From the NCBI RefSeq assembly GCF_004010195.1, contig NC_057750.1:5945668-5965667 (forward strand): a DNA stretch of 20,000 nt. Direction: 5' to 3'. Source of the stretch: Chiloscyllium plagiosum (lineage: Eukaryota). Positions 1 through 8,799 of the stretch are shown here, piece after piece. Positions within the stretch are counted from its first letter, which is position 1; the number at the start of each line of letters is the position of its first letter. The position numbers and the translations under genes are program-made. The notes under the pieces were generated by a model that was given only the letters and a program-made list of their open reading frames with translations, did not search any database and was not told the origin of the DNA.

Positions 1-88
1 GGAATAGGTCTGGGTGGAGTGCTCTTCAGAGGGTTAGTATGGTGTCGATGGGCTGAATGGCCTGCCTACATGCTGTAGGGGATCTATA
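1..88 (+). mobile_element. 3' end of HE1-like V-SINE (CR1-derived tail), cut by window start
   Basis: ggtctgggtggagtgctcttcagagggt...gggctgaatggcctg...tgtaggggatctat matches the 3' ends of the fuller copies at 1405-1720 and 18731-19060. Confidence 0.85.
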
Positions 89-149
89 ATTCAGTGGTGA
101 ATGACATGGATGTTCTTATAGCGCAGATGGAGATCATTTAACTCTTCAT

Positions 150-322
150 GTCTTTACCAGCTTTCCCAATGAACAATTCACTTAACACCATTCCTCTACC
201 TTCACCCAGTAAACTTTTACACACTTCCTTTTCTAGTAACAGGCTAATTCTCTTCTGAAAACCACAACTGAATCTGCCTCCATACATTCTCAAGCAGTGC
301 ATTCCAGATCGTAACCGCTGCT
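150..322 (-). mobile_element. Old CR1 LINE 3' fragment
   Basis: tgaatctgcctcc...gcagtgcattccagatc is the reverse complement of the CR1 W-N-x-L-P-x-x-V-V-E-A region (compare 680-725); explains ORF 138..368. Confidence 0.65.
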
Positions 323-332
323 GCCTCACAGT

Positions 333-427
333 GCCATGGCAGGATTCACACTGAACCCCCCAGAACATTAACTAGATCTCTAGATTAACAAGTCAGCAAT
401 AATTACTACTCGTCCCACTGCCTCCCA
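333..427 (-). mobile_element. tRNA-derived head of Meta-domain-like SINE
   Basis: gccatggcagga...tgaacccccagaacatta...gattaacaagtcagcaataat...ctgcctccc aligns with the head of the copy at 17620-17700. Confidence 0.7.
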
Positions 428-467
428 TCTACATTTTGCTTTCTCACAGAGGCTGCACAAGTGATCT

Positions 468-907
468 CAGGTTTGAGGAATTTCAGTGACATGGGGAGAT
501 TGGAATAACCCAAGAACTGTTAGAGCAGGGAGGGTGACGGAGAGATTTACTGAATGTTTTTGAAATTGCATTTTTATAGAATAAGGAAGGCTTGGTAACT
601 AGAGGGACACAGACTTGAGATAAGTGACAAATGAATCAGAGCGAGAGATGAGAGGTATTTTTAACACAGTGATTTGATCTGATATGGAGCGCCCTGCCTG
701 AAAGGGTGGTGGAAGCAGATTCAATAGAAACTTTCAAAAGGGAATTGGTTTAATAGCTATAAGGAGGGAAAATAAATATGCAGGACACTGGGGTGATACC
801 AGGGCAGAATGGAGTACATGGGGAATGAGAAGAACCATTTTGCTCTTTCAAAGCCAGGAGCAAGAGACTGAATGGAAACCTCTCTCACCTGTGTGGATCT
901 ATGATTG
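468..907 (+). mobile_element. Degenerate CR1 LINE 3' end
   Basis: actagagggacacagacttgag (TRGH-like), tggagcgccctgcctgaaagggtggtggaagca (WSALPERVVEA), CR1-type tail ending gatctatgatt. Confidence 0.8.
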
Positions 908-1329
908 GTTATTTAACCCCAAATCTTGCTGTGGTGCTCTAAACTACATGTTGGAAAGAGCGAGGGGTTAGGCTGAGGCACGATGGGCTCAATGGTCTCA
1001 TTAGGTTCTGCAGGACTGCATCATGTGTGAGCGACTGCTTTGTAAAGAAACCACATGATGTGCAGACGTGACAAAATAGTGTCAGTCAACTGTGTCCTTC
1101 TCTGCAAAGTGTGTGTGGTTTGCAGATGATGTGCGGAAAGGACCAATCTGCGTGACAGTTATAATCTATCTGACAGACATGGCTAAACTGTCCCTTCGGT
1201 ACATCAGGGGAAGAGTCCGAGCACAACTGATGATAGTCTTAATCTGTCTCACAGACAGAAAGACAGGGGTAATAGCAATCAAATATTTCAAATGAAACAG
1301 GGATTGCAGCCAAGAGATCAGGACTATGC

Positions 1330-1850
1330 TCGGCATAGTGCAGAAGGAGGCCATTTGGCCCACTGTGTCTATGCTGTCTCTTCCAGAAAGCTTCCCAATT
1401 AATTGGGGCAGCACGGTAGCACAGTGGTTAGCACTGCTGCCTCACAGCGCCAGAGACCGGGTTCAATTCCCGCCTCAGGCAACTGACTGTGTGGAGTTTG
1501 CACATTCTCCCCGTGTCTGCGTGGGTTTCCTCCGGGTGCTCCGGTTTCCTCCCACAATCCAAAAGTTGCAGGTTAGGTGAATTGGCCATGCTAAATTGCC
1601 CGTAGTGTTAGGTGAAGGAGTAAATGTAGGCGAATGGGTATGGGTATGGGTGGGTTGCTCTTTGGAGGGTTGGTGTGGACTTGTTGGGCTGAAGGGCCTG
1701 TTTCCACACTGTATCTAATCTAATTCTCCTTCTCCATTCAATAGCCCTGTCCCTACTGCCTGTTCTTTAAACATGGCTCCAATTCTTTATTTGGAAGTTA
1801 CTCCTCTTCCTTTCTGGTAGGGAATTCGGATTTAACTCTCTCCACACAAA
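1330..1850 (-). mobile_element. Old CR1 3' fragment interrupted by the SINE at 1405-1720
   Basis: gcagaaggaggccatttggccca (reverse CR1 tail) before the SINE; atagccctgt...tccaattc...gtagggaattcggat continues after it. Confidence 0.6.
1405..1720 (+). mobile_element. Near full-length HE1-like V-SINE
   Basis: tRNA-like head with A box (tagcacagtgg) and B box (ggttcaattcc); V-domain gtgtggagtttgcacattctccccgtgtctgcgtgggtttcctccgggtgctccggtttcctcccaca; CR1-like tail; (ctaat)n end; possible TAATT target duplication (1400-1404/1721-1725). Confidence 0.95.
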
Positions 1851-1979
1851 CACTTTCTAAATCTGTGCATCCACCCTACTCTGCAACCCCACCCCCACCC
1901 CAACACCTCCCAATTGATGACCAACATTTGTGTCTGTTTCTGCCAGTTTCTCTCTCTCTACCAAAATCCTTCATAATTT

Positions 1980-2062
1980 GAGGTTTAGGGAGGGAAATCC
2001 AGAACTCAGGACCCAGCCTGTTGACAGTTACAGCTGCCAGTGGTGGAGAGATTAAAATTGTA
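1980..2062 (-). mobile_element. Short L2-like LINE remnant
   Basis: aggtttagggagggaaatccagaact...gtggtggagagattaaaat resembles a recalled shark L2 ORF2 3' segment. Confidence 0.45.
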
Positions 2063-2144
2063 GATATCTAAAGATGTGTTAAAAAAAAAGAGTGCTTTCA
2101 TCTACCCTTCTGTTTGACTATGGGGGACTGGAGCAGATAGCTAT

Positions 2145-2880
2145 TAGAAATAGGATCAAGAGTAGAACATTTGGTCCGCCAAGCTTCATCCACCATTCAG
2201 TAAGATAATGGCTGATCTGATCAAGCCTCAACTCCATCTTCCTCCATTACCTCCTCCTTATTGGTTAAAACTCTAACTCAGTCTCGAACAATACTCATAA
2301 GAACATAAGAACTAGGAGCAGGAGTAGGCCATCTGGTCCTTGAGCCTGTCCCACCATTCAATAAGATCATGGCTGATCTTTTCATGGACTCAGCTCCTCT
2401 TACCTGCCTACTCATTGTAAGCCTTAAATTCTTTACTGTTCAAAAATCTATCTTTGCCTTAAAAACATTCAACGAGGTAGCCTCAACTGCTTCACTGGGC
2501 AGGGAATTCCACAGATTCACAACCTTTTGGGTGAAGAAGTTCCTCCTCAGCTCAATCCTAAATCTGCTTCCCCTTATTTTGAGGCTATGCCCCCTAGTTC
2601 TAGTTTCACCCACCAGCGGAAACAATCTCCCTGCTTCTATCCTATCTATTCCTTTCATAATTTCAATGTTTCTATAAGAAACCCCCACCTTCTCCTAAAT
2701 TCAGTGAGTAGAGTCCCAGTCTTCTCAATCTCTCCTCATAAGGGCAATCTTCTTATTTCTGAAATCAACCAGTGAATCTCCACTGAAACACCTCCAGTGC
2801 CAATACGTCCTTTCTCAAGTAAGGATGCTCAACAACCATTGATCTTGGGAGTAGAGAAATTTCTGCTCATCTCTTTCTTA
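2145..2880 (-). mobile_element. Older CR1 3' end (2145-2296 and 2826-2880) hosting a nested younger CR1
   Basis: agaaataggatcaagagtag...ccattcagtaagataatggctgatct tail; resumes after 2826 with gggagtagagaaatttctgctcatctct. Confidence 0.65.
2297..2825 (-). mobile_element. CR1 LINE 3' end (ORF2 C-terminus plus tail)
   Basis: ORF 2440..2688 gives TRTRGHSLKIRGSRFRIELRRNFFTQKVVNLWNSLPSEAVEATSLNVFK, the CR1 ORF2 C-terminus; terminal repeat cataagaacataagaa. Confidence 0.95.
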
Positions 2881-2899
2881 TTGGATACTTGGAGCATTG

Positions 2900-2975
2900 G
2901 ATCCCGAGATAGAACCTCAGTTTAATGTCTCATTCGAAATGGTGGCATTTTTGATGATGCAACACTCTCCTGCTA
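2900..2975 (-). mobile_element. Deu-domain SINE fragment
   Basis: cctcagtttaatgtctcattcgaaatggtggcat...tgcaacactctc aligns with 6547-6600 and the reverse of the recalled Deu domain. Confidence 0.6.
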
Positions 2976-3637
2976 TGGAAGCCTTATACAGAAATTAATC
3001 CTACATTGCTTAAAAGAAGCTGTGAATCGAAGAGGGTCCAAAAACTTAATTCCACCTGTCCCAAATTAAACAATCTCAGCATATTGCAGGAATTAGCTCC
3101 TGGCCTCTTACATCTCTTTCTGTGATGCCCTCACAGTCAAATATCTTCTTGAAACTTGTGTGCAATTTGGGCTGGGACCTTTTTGCCCTATGCATCTGTA
3201 CCCGAGTGCGATTCACCGCCTTAGGGGGCAGAGTGAGAGGTTGGAAATGGAGAACATAATTTTAGGAAAATGCACATTCTCAGTTAAAGCTGCAATAGCG
3301 AGTGCAGCAGCTGCAATGTGAATTCAGTCACCTCTACCCCCAAGCCTCGACCACAAACACTGCCAATTACAGGGTGGACCCAGTGTAGCGAGGAGAGGGG
3401 GCTCAAAACAGCCTTAAAACCGAGGCAGTGGGGAATGAGGAGCAGGTCTGACAGGCAAAGGGACCCACTGGATCACCTCATCAACATCCCCCTCACAACC
3501 TCAAATCTCCAGCCACTTCAATACTTCAGTAACCTCACATAAAACAATGACTGAGCCCAACTGCAAACATCACAAGTAACACCCAAAAATGTTTTCAATT
3601 TTAAAATGACATGGAAATTTTTTTTTTAAAAACTCAC

Positions 3638-3664
3638 TGAGTTCCGCCGATGTGTAAAATCCAT
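3638..3664 (-). CDS. Putative first coding exon, MDFTHRRNS, phase-0 donor; protein not identified
   Basis: Minus strand gtgaACGATGGattttacacatcggcggaactca|GTGAGT: strong Kozak context (A at -3, G at +4), 27 nt open, canonical donor at 3637-3632, in unique sequence with retained CpGs. Confidence 0.5.
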
Positions 3665-4140
3665 CGTTCACAATGTCTCAGGACAAGAAGCAAGATGTAT
3701 TGTCGACCCTGTATGTTGACTAATTTTTCAGTGCATGAACTTCTCTTCAGATCCAACTAAAACTCCCTTTTTTTAAAGGAAAAACATTAGTCTTCCTTTA
3801 TCACATTTCTCCTTCCGTGGTTCTGTTCCTTAAAGGTTGTTTTGAACTTTCTCTTCTTCCTCAGTCTCTCTCTCTCTCCCATTCGCTCTGCCCTCAGTCC
3901 ATTTAAACTCCTTCACGCACCTTCCTGCTTTAAATTGACCAGACACTGATGTCATATGTGGCAGTCAGCCAACAATTCCATAAAATCAAAAAAAAAGCCT
4001 TGAAAAACAAAAATGAAAATACACACACACACACATATCTAATGTTGGAGGAAAATTGCCATTTCAATGTATCCAATTTGTCACGTATTGATAGGATTGA
4101 TTTGCTTTCGGATTTGGGATGTCCCTCAAACCAGATCAGA
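3665..4140 (-). promoter_or_regulatory. Putative 5' UTR and promoter of the minus-strand gene
   Basis: Unique purine-rich minus strand with a (GA)n tract at about 3865-3878, TTTAAA TATA-like elements at 3902-3907 and about 3928-3934, ETS-like GCAGGAAG at 3921-3928, (CA)n at about 4021-4035. Confidence 0.35.
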
Positions 4141-4290
4141 TCATAAAATCCCCAGATGTGTGTGGAAGCAGATTATTCAGCCCATTGACTCCACACCACC
4201 CCTCCGAAAAGCATCCCACTCAGACCCAACCCTTATCCCTGTAACACTGCATTTTCCATGCCTAATCCACCAAGACAGCGCATTTTTGGA
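4141..4290 (-). mobile_element. HE1-like SINE, 3' half
   Basis: ttcagcccattgactccacaccacccctccgaaaagcatcccactcagaccc...atccctgtaacactgcattttccatg is the reverse of the SINE 3' region. Confidence 0.85.
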
Positions 4291-4334
4291 CCAGGATAAA
4301 CAGGAATAGGTGTTTCTCTCACAATCCTAGAGCA

Positions 4335-4635
4335 GCACAGGTTTGATTTCACACTCGGGTGACTGCCTATGAGGACTTCGCACGTTCTTCCAATTCTGCA
4401 TGGGTTTCCACAAGGTGCTCCGGTTTCCTCCCACATTCCAAAGATGACCAGCTTAGGTGGATTGGCCATGCTCAATTGCCTCATTGTGTCACAGGGATGT
4501 GCAGGCTAGATGGATTAACCATGGGAAATGCATGGTTATAGGGATAGGGTAGGGGGGTGGGTCTGGGTAGGACGCTATTTGGAGGGTTGGTGTGGACTCA
4601 ATGGGCCGAACGGCCTGCTTCCACACTATGATATA
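4335..4635 (+). mobile_element. HE1-like V-SINE, 5'-damaged
   Basis: V-domain ggtgctccggtttcctcccaca, ggattggccatgct, tail gggccgaacggcctgcttccacact. Confidence 0.9.
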
Positions 4636-4944
4636 GAAAGATTCTCCATTAAAGAAGAGGAACCTGAAAATATAAGGAAAAGCTAGTCTTTGTTGTCTAC
4701 TTTCTCTGCCTTGATCTATTGGATAATAACTTCTAGAGAGTGGTGGGCAGTAAGGTTGCTATGGGAACAGGAGAAGGCCATTCAGCCCTTCAAGCCTGTA
4801 CTGCACCATTTATTTAAGCCACAACTGCTCTTGTACCTCAGCGCAAAGTGTTTCCTGATTGATAACAGTGACGATACATTTTATGGTTATGTCATTGGCT
4901 GAAAAATGCAATGAGATTTCTGCTGGGTGTGAAAAACATTATGT

Positions 4945-5108
4945 GTAGGGGGTCCCTGATTTAGAAACATCCAACTTACAAACACTCATACTTGTGAACC
5001 CAACCCATACAGGGACATAGTTTTAAACATCCGACATGTATATTTCCTGTACTTATAAAAGACTGCTTTATATTGTCCTACAATGTGTTCCAACTTACAT
5101 AGAAATTG
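4945..5108. mobile_element. Probable TcMar/Tigger-like non-autonomous DNA transposon, one end only
   Basis: gtagggggtccctgatttagaaacatccaacttacaaacactcatacttgtgaac resembles a CpG-decayed CAGGGGGTCCCCGACTTACGAACATCCGACTTACGAAC terminus; internal repeats ccaacttaca (4971, 5090) and aacatccgac (5026); no second terminal repeat found. Confidence 0.5.
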
Positions 5109-5196
5109 ACTCATAGACTCATACAGCACGGAAACAGACTGTGTGGTCGAACTTGTCTATATCGACCAAATACCGTAAATTAATGTAGTCCCATCT
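5109..5196 (-). mobile_element. CR1 3' tail fragment
   Basis: tcatacagcacggaaacagac...gaccaaatacc...tagtcccat parallels 5260-5345. Confidence 0.75.
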
Positions 5197-5254
5197 AAAA
5201 TCATTCAGTCCCCTCCATCAACATTCATTAGCAGCAGTGTGCGCTATCCACAAG

Positions 5255-5817
5255 ATAGAGTCATAGAGATGTACAGCATGGAAACAGGCCCTTCTGTCCA
5301 ACTCATCCATGCTGACCAGATATCCTAGCCTAATCTAGACCCATTGCCAGCATTTGGCCCATATCCCTCTAAATCCTTCCTGTTCATGTACCCATCCAAA
5401 TGTCTTTTAAATGTTGTAATTGTACCAGTCTCCACCACTTCCTCATTCCATACATGTACTGCACTTGTATGAAAGATTTGCCCATTAGTTCCCTTTTGTT
5501 CCTTTCCACTCTCACCTTAAATCAATCTAGTTTTGGATTCCTCTACCCTGGGAAAAAGACCTTGACCATTCACCCAATCCATGCCCCTCATGAATGTATC
5601 AACCTCTAAAAGGTCACCCTTCAGCCTCTGACACTCCAAGGAAAATAGTCCCAGCCTATTCTGCTTCTCCCTATATCTCAAGCCTTTCAATCCTGGCAAC
5701 ATCCTTCTAAATCTTTTCTGCACCCTTTCAAATTTAACAACATCCTTCCTATAACAGGGAGACCAGACTTGCATGCATATTCCAAAAGTGACCTAACCAA
5801 TGTCTTGTACAGCTGCA
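5255..5817 (-). mobile_element. CR1 (HER1-like) LINE 3' end
   Basis: ORF 5517..5774: QVWSPCYRKDVVKFERVQKRFRRMLPGLKGLRYREKQNRLGLFSLECQRLKGDL; tail atagagtcatagag. Confidence 0.95.
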
Positions 5818-5972
5818 CATTCCTGGAAATTATGAGGCAATTTAACATAGCCAATCCACCTAACCTGCCTATCTGTGTCCACGAAGACACAGGAAGAATA
5901 TGCAAACTTCACAGTCACCCAAGGCTGGAGTTGAACCTGGGTCCTTGATAGTGTGAGGCAGCGGCGCCTACG
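5818..5972 (-). mobile_element. HE1-like SINE 5' half with internal deletion
   Basis: ggcaatttaacatagccaatccacctaacctgc...atgcaaacttcacagtcacccaaggctggagttgaacctgggtcc...gtgaggcagc. Confidence 0.9.
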
Positions 5973-6267
5973 TGCTCAGTGATTAGCACTGCTGCCTCAC
6001 AATGCCAGGGACTCAGGCTTGATTCTACCCTTGGATGACTGTCTGTGTGGAGTTTGTACATTCTCCCTGTGTCTGCGTGGGTTTCTTCCCTCAGCCCGAA
6101 GATGTTCAGGCTCAATAGATTGGCCATGCTAAATTGCGCATAGTGTCCAGGGATATTTGGATTAGCAATGGGAAATGCAGGGAGAGCTGGGTGGGATTGT
6201 TTTTTGGGGGGGTTGGTGTAAATTGGATGGGCCAAATGGCCTACTTCCACACTGTAGGGATTCTATG
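5973..6267 (+). mobile_element. HE1-like V-SINE
   Basis: gctcagtgattagcactgctgcctcaca head, V-domain, tail ttccacactgtagggattctatg. Confidence 0.92.
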
Positions 6268-6269
6268 GA

Positions 6270-6471
6270 TATTAGATTAGAGTCCACACCGACCCTCCGA
6301 AGAGTAACCCACCCAGTCTCATTTCCCTCTGATTAATGCACCTAACACTACGGGCAATTCAGCATGGCCAATTCACCTAACCTGCACATTTTTGGACTGT
6401 GGGAGGAAACTGGAGCACCTGGAGGAAACCCACGCAGACACGGGGAGAATGTGCAAACTCCACACAGACAG
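6270..6471 (-). mobile_element. HE1-like V-SINE, 5'-truncated
   Basis: (attag)n end, then reverse V-domain gtgggaggaaactggagcacctggaggaaacccacgcagacacggggagaatgtgcaaactccacaca. Confidence 0.92.
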
Positions 6472-6475
6472 TAGA

Positions 6476-6700
6476 GGGAATTTCATTTCCTTTTTATGAA
6501 ATTGTGGCCATGGGATCTTGTTATATCCACTTGAAGTTGCAGACAGGCTCAGTTTAACGTCCTCAAGATGAGGCACCTCTGACACTGCAGCACTCCCTCA
6601 GCCGTACGCCAGGATTGCCCACCTAGATATTTCTGCTCAAATCTGTGGATTGGGACTGGCACCTTCAAGCTATAGTCTGACTGTAGGAGATGGGAAGTGG
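6476..6700 (-). mobile_element. Deu-domain SINE (SacSINE1/AmnSINE1 superfamily) remnant
   Basis: Reverse reads gagggagtgctgcagtgtcagaggtgcc...gacgttaaactgag...aagatcccatggc, matching the recalled Deu core GGAGGTGCCGTCTTTCGGATGAGACGTTAAACCGAGG...AAGATCCCATGGCAC. Confidence 0.75.
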
Positions 6701-7384
6701 CACACATCTGATACTATAAAACTGCAATGCACTTCACAGTCAAATTCCCTGCCGACACTCGCTGCCTGTATGATCGATCGGGTGAGGTGAATAATGGAAA
6801 ATTGCATTACAAGGACAGGAGCAGAGAGAGAAAAAAAAACAAAAATATTCCGACACAGGAAGAAAGTTCACAATAATATCACAGCGGTGTTGAACCTCTC
6901 GATAGGACAAACTCTGAATTCTTTTTCTGGCAATGCTATTGTTTGTGCAAGAGGTTCCAGGCAAACTGAGAGCAGGGAACACACAATGCTACCTTTCCTG
7001 TCCTGCTTAATTGCCACTTCCGCCCTTTATTCTCGACATTCCGATCATGTTGTGCAGACTTGCCCCTTCAGAAGCCAAAACATAAAAAGCAAAAACATTG
7101 CAGGCGGGTGAATCGTCTGTTTTGCTTCTTTCACGGCCAGGAGTCACGACTAAACAAGATAGAGATTAAAGCAGGAGGAAATGTTTGCAATGGAAACCAT
7201 GCTGCCTCTATCCCATTAGCCAGCCCTCTTCCCGTCTCCCAGACTGCAATGGGAGAGACTGGAGCTCAGCGGGATCAAGCACAGTTCACTTTGACTCCAC
7301 TCAAGATCTGGGATAGTGCATTAGCTGAGTGAATGTGTTTGTTCCTCTGACAACCCCAGCCCTTCATCAGCCAACAACAAGGCA

Positions 7385-7441
7385 AATTCTGAAGAAGGAT
7401 CACTGGACCTGAAACGTTAACACTGCTTTCTCTCTCCACAG
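7385..7441 (+). mobile_element. Penelope-like element terminal fragment with minimal hammerhead-like core
   Basis: CTGAAGA (7389-7395), aggatc-actg-gacct hairpin, GAAAC (7411-7415), then gttaacactgctttctctctccacag, as in recalled shark Penelope ends. Confidence 0.7.
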
Positions 7442-7952
7442 CTCCAACAACATTCATGATGCTCAACGCCATCCAGGACAAAGCAACCCCACTTGATTGG
7501 CACCATATTCACAAACATCCACACCCTCCACCACTGACACTCAGTAACAGTGGTGTGTACTATTTACAACATACACTGTAGAAACACACCAAAGATCCTT
7601 GGCGGTGTAGGCTCGAAGGGCTGAATGGCCTACTCCTATGTCTATTGTCTATCCTCAGACAGCACTTTTCCAACTCTCAACCATCTAGAAGGACAAAGGC
7701 AGCAGATACAGAGGCACACCATCATCTTCAAGTTCCCTTCTGAGCCACATGCCACCCTGACTTGGAAATATATCGCCATTCCCTCACTGTCTTTGGGTCA
7801 AAATCCTGGAATTCTTTCCCTAAGGGCACTGTGGGTCAACCCACAGCAGGGGTACTGCAGCGGTTCAAGAAGGCAGCTCACTGCCATATTCTCAAGGAGT
7901 AATTAGGGACAGGCAGTAAATGCTGGCCAAGCCACAAATGAATTCTAAAAAA
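7439..7952 (+). mobile_element. L2/CR1-type LINE 3' end (same family as 14040-14780)
   Basis: gccatccaggacaaagcaacccc (IQDKA), ccatctagaaggacaaaggcagcag, tail ggcagctcactgcc...attagggacaggcagtaaatgctggcc...aaatgaatt. Confidence 0.9.
7600..7650 (+). mobile_element. About 50-bp CR1 tail inserted into the LINE
   Basis: ggtgtaggctcgaagggctgaatggcctactcctatgtctattgtct flanked by ATCCT at 7595-7599 and 7651-7655. Confidence 0.75.
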
Positions 7953-7959
7953 GTCACAT

Positions 7960-8090
7960 AGGAGCAATTAGGGAAACAAATGGTGGGTTCATTAAAAGAG
8001 GATTTGAGTTCAGAAGTAGGGATGTCTTATGGCAGCTATACAGGACCTTGATGTGAGTATACCAGGAATATTTTGTATAGGTTTGGTCTG
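7960..8090 (+). mobile_element. CR1 ORF2 internal fragment
   Basis: ttcattaaaagaggatttgagttcagaagtagggatgtcttatggcagctatacaggaccttg = FIKRGFEFRSRDVLWQLYRTL. Confidence 0.75.
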
Positions 8091-8284
8091 TTGGAGGGAG
8101 AGCACTGCTATTAGAGCTCAGTTGAAGCTCCATCGTGGCCATTGTTGTCTCAGCACTCAGGACTCTCAAAATCTCACCCCATGAGCCCCCACCTGGCCCT
8201 GGTTTGTTTTCCTCCAATCCTCTTGTGTAAATTATAACCAGCTTTGTTTCCACCAACCTTGAGATACTGTATTCCAGTTCACAC

Positions 8285-8412
8285 CAATGTACTGATGCAG
8301 TGGACAGCGGCAGTTCAAGAAGGCAGCTCACCATCATCTTCTCAAGAGGCTATTAGGGATGGGCAATACATGCTGGGCTCTCCCAAACCCATGAAAATAT
8401 TTTTCTAAAAAA
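8285..8412 (+). mobile_element. L2/CR1-type LINE 3' tail fragment
   Basis: cagttcaagaaggcagctcaccatcatcttctcaag...attagggatgggcaatacatgctgg, same tail as 7860-7930 and 14680-14770. Confidence 0.85.
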
Positions 8413-8435
8413 AATGCTCAAACTGATCTCTCATC

Positions 8436-8529
8436 GTTAAAAATCACACAACACCAGGTTAAAGTCCAACTGGTGTTGTGTGATTTTTAACTTTGTCCAA
8501 CCCAGTACAACACCGGCACTTCTGCATCA
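8436..8529. mobile_element. 94-bp Penelope-like insertion with 22-bp perfect inverted repeat and 12-bp target-site duplication
   Basis: Inverted arms 8436-8457 (gttaaaaatcacacaacaccag) and 8470-8491; TGATCTCTCATC duplicated at 8424-8435 and 8530-8541; family assignment from recall. Confidence 0.8.
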
Positions 8530-8799
8530 TGATCTCTCATCAGCACAGGACTAGGATGTTTCTTGGTGGCCACTAATCTCAGTCTAAAATTAGCCCCTCT
8601 TGGTTGTCCATATAGAAATTGCACAGTGTCAATTGAGATAGTCATTATGCTTCTGACAGCAAGACGTTTGTAAGAAATACAAAGTTAAGACAGAAGCCTT
8701 GAGCCAGGAGGAGTCAAGTCGGCTCAAATTTAGGGCAAACTGTTGCTTGCTGACTTCTGAGTCTCAGCCTGAAAACGTCACCCATTGGAAGAGAAGTGG

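Noticed and set aside
1405..1480. tRNA gene-like sequences (also 5973, 12509, 13750, 18731)
   Set aside because: They are SINE heads running straight into SINE bodies, with no complete cloverleaf or terminator
3218..3231. CTCF-like site gccttAGGGGGCAG
   Set aside because: Only the 3' part of the core matches (about 11 of 14); too weak without ChIP or conservation data
7954..8337. 127-aa minus-strand ORF
   Set aside because: Both ends are antisense LINE fragments; no protein-like features
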